DNA of 64,000 nucleotides, from the IMG/VR virus record IMGVR_UViG_3300024346_006890, one strand, 5' to 3'. This DNA comes from an uncultured virus (IMG/VR IMGVR_UViG_3300024346_006890) (taxonomy: Duplodnaviria; Heunggongvirae; Uroviricota; Caudoviricetes). Numbering within the stretch: position 1 is the stretch's first letter; each line of letters starts with the position of its first letter. The translations under genes were made by a program, and so were the position numbers. Shown here in pieces: positions 17,834 to 26,718 of the stretch. The notes under the pieces were generated by a model. It had not been told where the DNA came from, did no database searches, and saw only the letters and a list, made by a program, of their open reading frames with translations.

Positions 17834-18718
17834 GTGAAACACGGTTTAGTTTATAGTAAGAATTCTTTAGATTTTTTTGTAGAGTACAATTCGGCTAGTC
17901 GCGACTGGAGTAATTTGCGAGAAGAATTTAGAAACGATGCTAAAATGATATCTAATAATTATGGTCCGGTCTACGTTGGCTTCAGCTCAGGAATCGACAG
18001 TCAAATAATAGCAAGAAGTTTTTTAGATCAGAAACTCGATGCCGAATTTGTTTTTTTACATTACCCAGGGTATAACGACATTGAATATAATCGAGTCAAA
18101 GAGTGCGAATCAACATTCAACTTCTCGGTTAATGTACTCAAGTTAAACATTGATAATTTAAAGGAAGAATGGGTCGCTAGAAGTTTAACTGAAACTCCAA
18201 AATTAATGCATCAGTACACATTCGAATGGTTGAGCAATCAGCTACCTGAACCGTGGCCGTTTATAACTCAAGGGTCATCAGAACCGGCAATAATAGGGAC
18301 CAATAAAGAAAATGTGTCAGTATATCATAATTACTATGATGCAATGGAGCAACGATTTAAACTTATGTCGCAGTTTAGAAAGGTAATAGATTTTCCCTAC
18401 AGCCCAGAATCCATCTCAAGCTATTATACAGATCCTGCATTAAAAACTTTTTGTTCCACTATCAGTTATTTTTCAGCTAACAATAAAACTGAACAATTAC
18501 AACTGTTTAATACATATGCAAAAGCACACGTTAAAGGTAAATATTTCTCAGACTTAATATGGTATAGTAAGTTATCAGGTTACGAAATGTTTCCTAACTG
18601 GGTTGTAAGCGAATTAAATCCATCTACAAGAGTATCTGTGCCATACTGGGAACTGGTCGAATTTCTAGAAACGACAAGAAACAAAATAAAAAAATTCAAT
18701 AGTTGGAACTTCAAATGA
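17834..18718 (+). CDS. PP-loop ATP pyrophosphatase-like protein
   Basis: VGFSSGIDSQ; shares NDxEY and K..GYE motifs with 11970-12872. Confidence 0.7.
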   Translation: MKHGLVYSKNSLDFFVEYNSASRDWSNLREEFRNDAKMISNNYGPVYVGFSSGIDSQIIARSFLDQKLDAEFVFLHYPGYNDIEYNRVKECESTFNFSVNVLKLNIDNLKEEWVARSLTETPKLMHQYTFEWLSNQLPEPWPFITQGSSEPAIIGTNKENVSVYHNYYDAMEQRFKLMSQFRKVIDFPYSPESISSYYTDPALKTFCSTISYFSANNKTEQLQLFNTYAKAHVKGKYFSDLIWYSKLSGYEMFPNWVVSELNPSTRVSVPYWELVEFLETTRNKIKKFNSWNFK

Positions 18719-19395
18719 ATATTAATAATATATTATGGATACCTTTAGACTTACCGCAAGTGCCGAGAGAATTAACTTTAGAAAATATCGAATCGTTTTA
18801 CACACATATTCCGACCTTTACGCCTGACGAACAAAAACAACTTGCTAGGAATAAACAGTATTATAAGTATGCGTGGAACTCATATCGTATAAGAGAAATA
18901 GATCAACAAGCTGCCGGCTGGGAAAACCAGCATAAAGAAGAATCGTGGAGATGGACTGCTAGTGCAAAAGCCAACTGCCCCGGTCTTATTAATTACATAG
19001 AAAATTTTTTACCGCTAACAAAAATAAGAGGAGCATCAGTGATGAGCTCAAAGGGAACGATCCCTGCTCATTATGATCTATCACCTACATTGCCCGACGA
19101 AGAAAAGCAACCTTACATTAACAATGACCCGTGTATGTATAGATTATTGTTAGATGGTAACATCCACCAAGATAGTTTTTTTGTACGTAGAGATGATAAA
19201 AAATATTACGTTAACATGCCTTCTGATGCCCCAGGGTGGGCAATGGGTTCATTTTCATGCTTACACGGTAACGACGAAGAAACACCTTATCAAAAAATTA
19301 TTTTATATATTATTGGTGAAATCGATGTAGACCGCCATCGAGAACTTATTTCGAAGAGTTACGAACGATACAAAGAATATGCCGTTTTAATATAA
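18715..19395 (+). CDS. Putative Fe(II)/2OG-type (HxD...H) oxygenase
   Basis: PAHYD...CLHG; N- and C-termini paralogous to 19387-20088. Confidence 0.6.
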   Translation: MNINNILWIPLDLPQVPRELTLENIESFYTHIPTFTPDEQKQLARNKQYYKYAWNSYRIREIDQQAAGWENQHKEESWRWTASAKANCPGLINYIENFLPLTKIRGASVMSSKGTIPAHYDLSPTLPDEEKQPYINNDPCMYRLLLDGNIHQDSFFVRRDDKKYYVNMPSDAPGWAMGSFSCLHGNDEETPYQKIILYIIGEIDVDRHRELISKSYERYKEYAVLI

Positions 19396-20088
19396 AATTG
19401 CTATATCCTTAAATTTTTCATACGAACGAAGTATTAAATTTTTATTTCGTTCTCTAATTTGTTCTTCGTACTCCGACTTAACAGCTACAAAAACCGCAAT
19501 TCTCTTTCCAGGAACATTAATACACGGCGAGTGAACAGATCTAATATTGTTTACATAATAAGGCTGTGTCGATTTTGGTAAAATACATTTAAAAATTTCA
19601 GTTTGTAATCGAGGATCATTATCATCTAGCGGTGTTTTTAAATCAGGAATTTTATTATATGGCTCTACTGTTTTTCGTATTAGTAACGGATTTTCTTCAT
19701 GCCTATCGTTAATAACATAAAATCTAAATCCATTTAAATCTAGATCTCTATGCCAAAATGCAACACCCTTAACAGTATCCCTGACAGGTAAAAATACAAT
19801 AGATTTAAGTTCGTGCCGTTCGATATTAAAAATTTCTAAGCAATAACGAGCAAATTCTGGGAACTCTTTATCAAAATTATCTAAAAATACTCCGTCATAG
19901 GCGCCGAATGTTAGATCCCACGGGTACTGATCTTTATAGACATTCTCAGAAGTCATTTTTTTATTAGCTGCGGATGATTTTTCTTTTTGCGGATAAACGC
20001 TGACAAGCCAAGATGTAAACTTGTCCACGTTTACAAAAGAGCAATCAGGTAAATCTAAAGGAGTATAAATTATATCAATCGGATCCAT
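19387..20088 (-). CDS. Putative Fe(II)/2OG-type (HxD...H) oxygenase
   Basis: FWHRD...NNIRSVHS...KRIAVF. Confidence 0.6.
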   Translation of the reverse strand: MDPIDIIYTPLDLPDCSFVNVDKFTSWLVSVYPQKEKSSAANKKMTSENVYKDQYPWDLTFGAYDGVFLDNFDKEFPEFARYCLEIFNIERHELKSIVFLPVRDTVKGVAFWHRDLDLNGFRFYVINDRHEENPLLIRKTVEPYNKIPDLKTPLDDNDPRLQTEIFKCILPKSTQPYYVNNIRSVHSPCINVPGKRIAVFVAVKSEYEEQIRERNKNLILRSYEKFKDIAILY

Positions 20089-20698
20089 GTTGTCTAGTTA
20101 GTGGAACATTTCTAAATTCTTGTTTTAATACAGCATGACGAATGAAAACAGTGTGAGGTTTTAATATTTTACCGTAACTTGTTTTATGAACTTCATACTT
20201 AGGGAAAGTGTTAGGCGGAATAACTGCATCTGTATATACTTCGTATCGTATCCATTCCGGACTTTTCTGTTGTAGGCGTGGACCATTTTTAGCATACGCC
20301 TCTGGAATACTCCACCAAAAGTCATAAATTCCCATTTGTTCTGCATCATCCATTGCTTTTCTAAAACAGGCAGAGATATACGGGCCGTAACCTTTTCCTA
20401 AAATAATATTATTATACCTTGAAGCATAATATCGCATAATCCATGCAGGGTTGACAGAAGAAAATGTCTGACATAGTATTGCTTCTAAACTGTTACCTTC
20501 GAAGCACCCTATTAACCTAATTTGTTTACCGTTATTTAAACTAAGGTCAGTGCCTTCTTCTAACACTGCAAGTATATCAGAATTCGACTCTTGTTTAGAA
20601 AATCGTTGTCTACTTTTAATAAGATCTATTACAGCAGTTCTATGAGAGGTATCTAAGATTATTGCTGTATAATTATTTTCTTCCGATGATACTGTCAT
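20075..20698 (-). CDS. Putative GNAT-fold protein
   Basis: LIGCFEGNSLEAIL...GKGYG...AMDDAEQMGIYDFW resembles a GNAT topology. Confidence 0.45.
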   Translation of the reverse strand: MTVSSEENNYTAIILDTSHRTAVIDLIKSRQRFSKQESNSDILAVLEEGTDLSLNNGKQIRLIGCFEGNSLEAILCQTFSSVNPAWIMRYYASRYNNIILGKGYGPYISACFRKAMDDAEQMGIYDFWWSIPEAYAKNGPRLQQKSPEWIRYEVYTDAVIPPNTFPKYEVHKTSYGKILKPHTVFIRHAVLKQEFRNVPLTRQHGSD

Positions 20699-21536
20699 GA
20701 AAATGTCCTTGTACTAGCATGTCGAGTGGATGCATTTCTCCGTAAAACTCATTACTAATCCATGCATCTTCTTCACTGTTATAATCAAACCAGGGGCTGA
20801 ATCCTAACACTAAATGTACCCTCGATGTATTTTCTGTAGTAGTTGGAAAAACTCTGTGAGCAATATTTGTATCCCAGCTGTACATATTACCGTATTCTAA
20901 ATGAGTAGGCGGTTTACCTTTTATTTCAAACATGAATGTATTATCAGTTTTAATCGGAATATTAATTCTAGTATTTTCAAATACTAACTCGTCTCTGTGC
21001 CAATTAAACGACTTTCTTGATTCGTCTGACACATATTTAGAATTAATAACACCAATTCTACTTCTAACATGCGACCTTTTAAAAGACTGCACAAAATCAA
21101 GTAGTTTGGTTTCAGCCACGCATGGAGCAGGTTTTCTAAATGCGTAAGAATCATAATAGCTATTACGCAACGTGCTAAAATTTTCAAATTGCCCGTAAAA
21201 GAATTGCGTTGGGAGATTTTTATCTGTACCTAATGTTTGCTGATTAAGATCACAGTGTTCGGTATAATCTGGATTCATTACAAGACTAAGCCCGCCGTAC
21301 TCCTTGGCCTCGCCTGTCGCACCACGCCATCCTTTGTATCCGTATTGATCTAGTACAGTAAGTGTTGTGCTAGACAGACTGTCTATGTCTAATGAATGAT
21401 TTAAATTGATTAGCTCGTCCGGAGATGCTGCCGGAGCCATTTTAGAAATTATATTTTCTATATTAGAATGATCTCTGATCCATCTCCATATAGAGAATGG
21501 ATCAGGGATCTGTTTTACGTAAAATTTGTATTTCAT
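20673..21536 (-). CDS. Aspartyl/asparaginyl beta-hydroxylase-like Fe(II)/2OG oxygenase
   Basis: NWHRD, RINIPIKT, WDTNIAHRV and RVHLVLG. Confidence 0.75.
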   Translation of the reverse strand: MKYKFYVKQIPDPFSIWRWIRDHSNIENIISKMAPAASPDELINLNHSLDIDSLSSTTLTVLDQYGYKGWRGATGEAKEYGGLSLVMNPDYTEHCDLNQQTLGTDKNLPTQFFYGQFENFSTLRNSYYDSYAFRKPAPCVAETKLLDFVQSFKRSHVRSRIGVINSKYVSDESRKSFNWHRDELVFENTRINIPIKTDNTFMFEIKGKPPTHLEYGNMYSWDTNIAHRVFPTTTENTSRVHLVLGFSPWFDYNSEEDAWISNEFYGEMHPLDMLVQGHFHDSIIGRK

Positions 21537-21570
21537 CGGGTATTTAGTTTTACTAAATTACCCATAAAAA

Positions 21571-21882
21571 TTAAACTTCTTCGTACGTGATAGACCAAAT
21601 TATACCATTAGCTTCGTTATACATGTCGCGTTGGCGCTGATAGTCAGGGAATGTCTCATAGACAATCCTATCAAATTGGTCAGAAATCTCACGAGTTTCG
21701 TACGTTGTCTTAGTAATAACAGTTGTTTGATCTTTATATTTTTCGTATGTAAGAATCTTATCTCTGTAAGTTCTTGATAATTCTAAAATTAAATTCCATA
21801 TAGGACGTGAAGCAGGCAACTGCATGAAGTGCGAAGTCATTGCATTCGGCACAGTGCTTGTGATAATCTTTTTAATAGGCAT
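21571..21882 (-). CDS. Small hypothetical protein (103 aa)
   Basis: AGGAG SD and its own TAAATA element upstream. Confidence 0.75.
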   Translation of the reverse strand: MPIKKIITSTVPNAMTSHFMQLPASRPIWNLILELSRTYRDKILTYEKYKDQTTVITKTTYETREISDQFDRIVYETFPDYQRQRDMYNEANGIIWSITYEEV

Positions 21883-21914
21883 TTTAAACTCCTGTAAAAT
21901 TGCTCTTTTTATAT

Positions 21915-22658
21915 TTATCTAGGTTCGTAGTAAAGATTTGTGTTATCGATATACGGAATAAACTTGTTGAAATCAACTTCACCAAACACCCGTATAGTAA
22001 TACGCAGATCTGGTGTAAATTTCACACCGTGGAAAGCACTATCGTTAAACAACATTGCATTTCCGGGAACTTCATAAACTTTTCCAGTTTTAAACGATTG
22101 TATACTCATAGGAACATTGCCAGTACTAGGTATTAGGCTAACTCCTAAACACCGGGCATAGTCACTAGATAGTTCAAAATTACCGCCTGTGTTCGAGTCT
22201 CGATGCGTAGCAAAAAACGTATTTTCTGTTACAAATACACGTATGCACCCAATTTTAGTAAATGGTAAAGATTCGATGCATTTAATAGTATACGGTGCTC
22301 TGCTAACAATATCGGGAATCCAGTCCCATCCATCTGTTTCGAATTGTTTTATATAGAGAAATTTTGTTGTATTCTTAATGTTATCAGCGTGTTCTCTAAG
22401 ATAAAAAATGTGTTGTCCCCGTAAATCTTTTGTTTCTGGGTGTTTCAACGACATATCAATTGAATCAATTTTATCATACATTTCGTGATTTTCTACCATA
22501 AATGCTTTACCTGCTTTAGCAGCATTTAGGTTTTCTCTATACGGCGGAGTATAGAACCAAGTATCTTTAAGCTCGAGCATTTCTTCTTTAATTTTATCAT
22601 AATCAAAATTAAAATTTAAAGTAGCTGCGAGTATATCTGTGACCTGAAAATTATTCAT
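21915..22658 (-). CDS. Putative Fe(II)/2OG-type (HxD...H) oxygenase
   Basis: LPFTKIG, ATHRD, FNDSAFHGV and RITIRVFG; paralogue of 4753-5625. Confidence 0.65.
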   Translation of the reverse strand: MNNFQVTDILAATLNFNFDYDKIKEEMLELKDTWFYTPPYRENLNAAKAGKAFMVENHEMYDKIDSIDMSLKHPETKDLRGQHIFYLREHADNIKNTTKFLYIKQFETDGWDWIPDIVSRAPYTIKCIESLPFTKIGCIRVFVTENTFFATHRDSNTGGNFELSSDYARCLGVSLIPSTGNVPMSIQSFKTGKVYEVPGNAMLFNDSAFHGVKFTPDLRITIRVFGEVDFNKFIPYIDNTNLYYEPR

Positions 22659-22697
22659 AATATTATTTAACCGCTCTGTTTTTAAGATATATATTTA

Positions 22698-23252
22698 ATG
22701 AATCAGCTTTCTACTCTTAAAATGTATGCAAAGAATAGGAAATTCCCAGAAGCAGTTAAAATTGGGATAGTTCCTAACGACTGGCTCAATTCTGCAAAAG
22801 ATTTTGCAAATAATTTAAGCAACACAAGCGACGTTGCTTTGCAACAACGAGAAGAATCGAATGTTAAAGGCACAGCAATAGACAATTATGATTCGCTGAC
22901 AATATTTTATAATCAGCGATATTTCGACTCGATGCCGTTACCTAGTATAATAACGCAGCTAGATGGAGTACATCATCTACGATTTGGTGTATTAAATGAA
23001 GGTGCAACTATTCCATTTCACATTGATGAACCATTTACTTTAAGATTTATTTGTGTCGTACAAGGGTCACATAAATATCATACCGAAACAGGCAACATTT
23101 ACCTCATGTCAGAGGGAGAATTTTGGTTCATCAACGGATCATTCAAACATTCTATAGAAAATACCTCACCTGGATACCGTATTGCCTTACTCGGAAAGTT
23201 TTCTAGATCAACTACGAATTTGAGTTTAATAAATGAATTACTACGAGCTTGA
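22698..23252 (+). CDS. Aspartyl/asparaginyl beta-hydroxylase-like cupin oxygenase
   Basis: IPFHID, GEFWFINGSFKHSIEN and RIALL. Confidence 0.75.
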   Translation: MNQLSTLKMYAKNRKFPEAVKIGIVPNDWLNSAKDFANNLSNTSDVALQQREESNVKGTAIDNYDSLTIFYNQRYFDSMPLPSIITQLDGVHHLRFGVLNEGATIPFHIDEPFTLRFICVVQGSHKYHTETGNIYLMSEGEFWFINGSFKHSIENTSPGYRIALLGKFSRSTTNLSLINELLRA

Positions 23253-24180
23253 CCCAAAGGATAATCATTTCAGCGATATAATGGTAGACGTTACGCATCG
23301 CTGTAATATGACTTGTAAAAATTGTTACATACCCAATCGAGACTATCCCGACATGGATATAGATAAGTTGATCGAGGCTATAAAACAATTTCCAAAAAGA
23401 GCAATGATGCGTATTGTAGGCGCTGAACCGACTGTTAGGAAAGATTTACCGAGTATAATAAGCCGCATTAGAGAAACAGGTCATAGAGCAACATTACTAA
23501 CTAATGGACTAAGATTAGCAGATGAAGGTTATGTTAAGACACTTAAAGACCACGGGTTAAATCATGTTTACCTAAGTCTTAATGGTGTAGATAATGACGA
23601 CTGGTATTACACCATAGATGAAATGAAGTGTGCTTCTAAAAAAATTAGAGCATTAGAACACCTGCATCAAAATAAATTTGTTATAGACACCGGAACTATT
23701 ATTGTTAGAGGAGTAAATGACGAAGCACCTTCTCGTTTATTAGATTTATATAAACGAAAAAATATTCGACATGCATTGTGTAGAATAAAAAATGTAGGGA
23801 AACTAGGTAGAAGCATGTTCGATACCGATGCCGGCGAGCATAAGTTAACAGTTAACACCAATTATACAATGGATGGATTAATAAAATTAATTTCTGAGCA
23901 AACGAATCTAAGTGTTGACTATATCGAAAGCTGGAGAAACAGACCCATATATGAAAATAAAGATCCAGAGGACAGCAGCTTTATTTTCCCATTAGACCCC
24001 AATAGCGAAGGTAAACTAATGCATCGAAGTGGTATTTGGTTTAAGATTGCTGATTGGAATACATTTGGAAACTCTGACGGTGTTCCGTTGCCTAACAACT
24101 CACGTCGAGGTAGAATGACTGAAGATTTTAAAGTAGCTCCAATGGCAGAGCATGTTAAAAAGAATGAAGGACAATATTAA
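23233..24180 (+). CDS. Radical SAM protein (MoaA-like core, no auxiliary cluster domain)
   Basis: HRCNMTCKNCY, GAEPT, LTNG and VRGVND. Confidence 0.88.
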   Translation: MNYYELDPKDNHFSDIMVDVTHRCNMTCKNCYIPNRDYPDMDIDKLIEAIKQFPKRAMMRIVGAEPTVRKDLPSIISRIRETGHRATLLTNGLRLADEGYVKTLKDHGLNHVYLSLNGVDNDDWYYTIDEMKCASKKIRALEHLHQNKFVIDTGTIIVRGVNDEAPSRLLDLYKRKNIRHALCRIKNVGKLGRSMFDTDAGEHKLTVNTNYTMDGLIKLISEQTNLSVDYIESWRNRPIYENKDPEDSSFIFPLDPNSEGKLMHRSGIWFKIADWNTFGNSDGVPLPNNSRRGRMTEDFKVAPMAEHVKKNEGQY

Positions 24181-25227
24181 ATGAAAACACGTAAGTTAAA
24201 TGGTTTTGGTAGTTTAGGCGTTGAAGTTTACGATTTAGACCTAAAAACTTGTTCCGATGATGAAATTAAAGAATTAGGTAAAGTAGTAGTAGATCAGCTA
24301 GTTGTATATGTTAATGCAAAAAACTGTACTGTTCCACCGGAAAGATTAAATCATATTGCACAGGTGTTCGGTGATCCGTTCGGCGGCCAAGATCAAAGTG
24401 CATACGAGATGGTTAAAGAGAAACGCAAACAACATCAACTAACTAGTAAAGACCTGCAAGTATTGAAAGAATTAAGAAAAATCCGACAGGGTTTAGAACA
24501 TAATCCCGGAATGATTCGTGTAACCGGAAAGCGTGACGACGAGGGCGATTACATGGGAATGTTTGCCCAGGGCGAATTAGATTGGCACAGTGATAGACAA
24601 GGCACTGGTAACTTTGTGCCTATGATTTTGTTACAAGCAGTTGAAGGTACTGAAGGAACATCAACTGAGTTCCTTCAAACAGCCGATGCATACGAAATGC
24701 TATCACCTGAATGGAAAAATATTATAGATAATTTAGTAGGTGTTCATAGATATACCCCCGGAAAAATGGCTCCTGGCTTAAATGCTAGCCAAGATAACAT
24801 TTTAAGAATGAATATGTGCCCTATAGATAATAGTGAAGTTCCGTTTGTTTGTTACAGCCCGGGCGGAAGAAAAGGTGTTAGATTAAGTTATAATACCCTA
24901 GACCATTTTAAAGGTTTTAACAAAAAAGACAGTGATGAAATATTAAAATTTATAATAAGCCACTTTATGAAAGACGAGTATGTCTATCATCAAGACTGGC
25001 AAAATGGTGAATTGGTATTCATGGATCAGACTATTACTGTACATAGGCGACCAACAAAAGATTGCAGTAACCGTGTTATGATTAGACAAACTTGTAATTT
25101 TGATAATATTCTCAGCAAAGGAACACAAGGATTACAAAATGTCGGATTTGAAACTCCTGGAATTATCGTAGACGGGAAGATGATTTCACATAAAGAATAT
25201 TTTGAGAAATTTAGATATGCATATTGA
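24181..25227 (+). CDS. TauD/TfdA-family Fe(II)/2OG dioxygenase
   Basis: LGVEVYDLDL, WHSD, TEF and WQNGELVFMDQTITVHRR. Confidence 0.88.
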   Translation: MKTRKLNGFGSLGVEVYDLDLKTCSDDEIKELGKVVVDQLVVYVNAKNCTVPPERLNHIAQVFGDPFGGQDQSAYEMVKEKRKQHQLTSKDLQVLKELRKIRQGLEHNPGMIRVTGKRDDEGDYMGMFAQGELDWHSDRQGTGNFVPMILLQAVEGTEGTSTEFLQTADAYEMLSPEWKNIIDNLVGVHRYTPGKMAPGLNASQDNILRMNMCPIDNSEVPFVCYSPGGRKGVRLSYNTLDHFKGFNKKDSDEILKFIISHFMKDEYVYHQDWQNGELVFMDQTITVHRRPTKDCSNRVMIRQTCNFDNILSKGTQGLQNVGFETPGIIVDGKMISHKEYFEKFRYAY

Positions 25228-26032
25228 TCCAGATAAATGGCTCGGCGGCGATGTTGCAAAAAAACTAAAAATTAATTTTGCACTATCTCATTTTATTATT
25301 GTTTATTGGTTGTTCACTGACTTTAGTTGGTGGGGACTATTATTAGGCATTGCATCATATGTGTTTATTGGAAAAATGGGAGCAGATGTCGGCTTTCATC
25401 GTTATTTTACACATCGCAGCTTTGAAGTACATCCATTGATTAGAAAATACCTAATGTTAAATGCAACGCTGATAGGTCATGGAAGTGTCTTATTATGGGT
25501 TGCTACACATCGTATTCATCATGCTAAAGCCGACACTGATCAAGATCCGCACAGTCCAATACACCACGGAGTACTTACTACTTGGTTGAGATCTTGGACA
25601 AATACAAATAAACCTAACATGATGTTAATGAAAGACATTATGCGAGATAGTAGCCTAATTTTTTTACATAGACATTATTTTAAAGTGTTCTATGCATTTT
25701 TGATACCATTATTAATATGCTGGGCGGCTGGAAGCATTTATCCTATTTTATTTTTGTTTGCGTTTCCTAATGCTGGATTTTTTAACGAAGCTGGCATGAT
25801 TAATTCTATAGGTCATAAGTGGGGTTATACCACTTACGAAACAAAAGATAATTCTAAAAATAATTTAATTGTTAACATACTAACATTCGGAAACGGGTTG
25901 CATAATACACACCACGCTAAACCGAATTTGTACACAACAGATGTTCACAGTAAATGGTATGAAACCGATCCTATGAAATATATTATTAGGTTAATTGCTA
26001 ATGACGGAAGCAGAGTGGAAAACAAGGTGTGA
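25217..26032 (+). CDS. Membrane fatty-acid desaturase
   Basis: HRYFTH, HRIHH, DQDPHSP and GLHNTHH. Confidence 0.9.
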   Translation: MHIDPDKWLGGDVAKKLKINFALSHFIIVYWLFTDFSWWGLLLGIASYVFIGKMGADVGFHRYFTHRSFEVHPLIRKYLMLNATLIGHGSVLLWVATHRIHHAKADTDQDPHSPIHHGVLTTWLRSWTNTNKPNMMLMKDIMRDSSLIFLHRHYFKVFYAFLIPLLICWAAGSIYPILFLFAFPNAGFFNEAGMINSIGHKWGYTTYETKDNSKNNLIVNILTFGNGLHNTHHAKPNLYTTDVHSKWYETDPMKYIIRLIANDGSRVENKV

Positions 26033-26717
26033 TTTAGCAGCTCTGTATAGAATTGCAGAGCTGCTAAATTGGAGTGATAGTATATTCACACATATTACTG
26101 CTAGAGTCCCAGATGAAGAAAATTCGTATCTTATAAACAGCTACGGATTATTATTCGACGAAGTTACCGCAAGTAATTTAGTTAAGGTAACTACTGACGG
26201 AGAAAAATTATCTCCAGGCCGTATTAATGGTGTTGCATTAACGTTACACAACATTTTGCACTCTAAAAGAAAAAATATAAATTTTATTATCCATACGCAT
26301 ACTCCTACCGGAGTTGCAGTTAGCGCAGATAAAAGAGGTTTATTACCACTTTCCCAACAGTCACTAACTATCATTAATAGTGTAGCGTATCACGATTACG
26401 AAGGTGTATTCTTTTGGGAGGATGAGCAAGAAAGAATAATTTCCGATTTAGGTGATAAAGATATCTTAATATTAAAGAATCACGGATTGGTGGCAACTGC
26501 AAGTAATATTGCTAGTTGTTTTAGCCGAATGTACATGTTAGAATCTGCATGTTCTATCCAATGTAATAGCTACAAAGAATCTACTCTTATAGGTATAGAC
26601 ACCATAAATAAATCAGTCAACAAATCATTCGACGGTTCTAACAGTAAGAGTACTGTACTCATGTGGCAATCAATGCTTAGAAAGTTAGATAGACTAAAAA
26701 TTAATTACAAAGAATAA
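26001..26717 (+). CDS. Class II aldolase/adducin-family protein
   Basis: DLAALYR, THITARVP, FDEVTASNLVKV, HTHT and LKNHG. Confidence 0.9.
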   Translation: MTEAEWKTRCDLAALYRIAELLNWSDSIFTHITARVPDEENSYLINSYGLLFDEVTASNLVKVTTDGEKLSPGRINGVALTLHNILHSKRKNINFIIHTHTPTGVAVSADKRGLLPLSQQSLTIINSVAYHDYEGVFFWEDEQERIISDLGDKDILILKNHGLVATASNIASCFSRMYMLESACSIQCNSYKESTLIGIDTINKSVNKSFDGSNSKSTVLMWQSMLRKLDRLKINYKE

Positions 26718-26718
26718 C

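Noticed and set aside
6919..18718. Calling the S[G/S]GxDS proteins QueC or lasso-peptide cyclases
   Set aside because: There is no C-terminal QueC Zn-binding Cys cluster, and I saw no lasso precursor, RRE or transglutaminase-like peptidase.
6389..20698. GNAT-like proteins as LuxI acyl-homoserine lactone synthases
   Set aside because: The LuxI N-terminal R...F...W...E.D..D signature is absent, and the regulator has no recognisable autoinducer-binding domain.
23233..24180. Calling this radical SAM protein MoaA or QueE
   Set aside because: It lacks the C-terminal Cys cluster and GG terminus of MoaA and the N-terminal QGEG motif of QueE.
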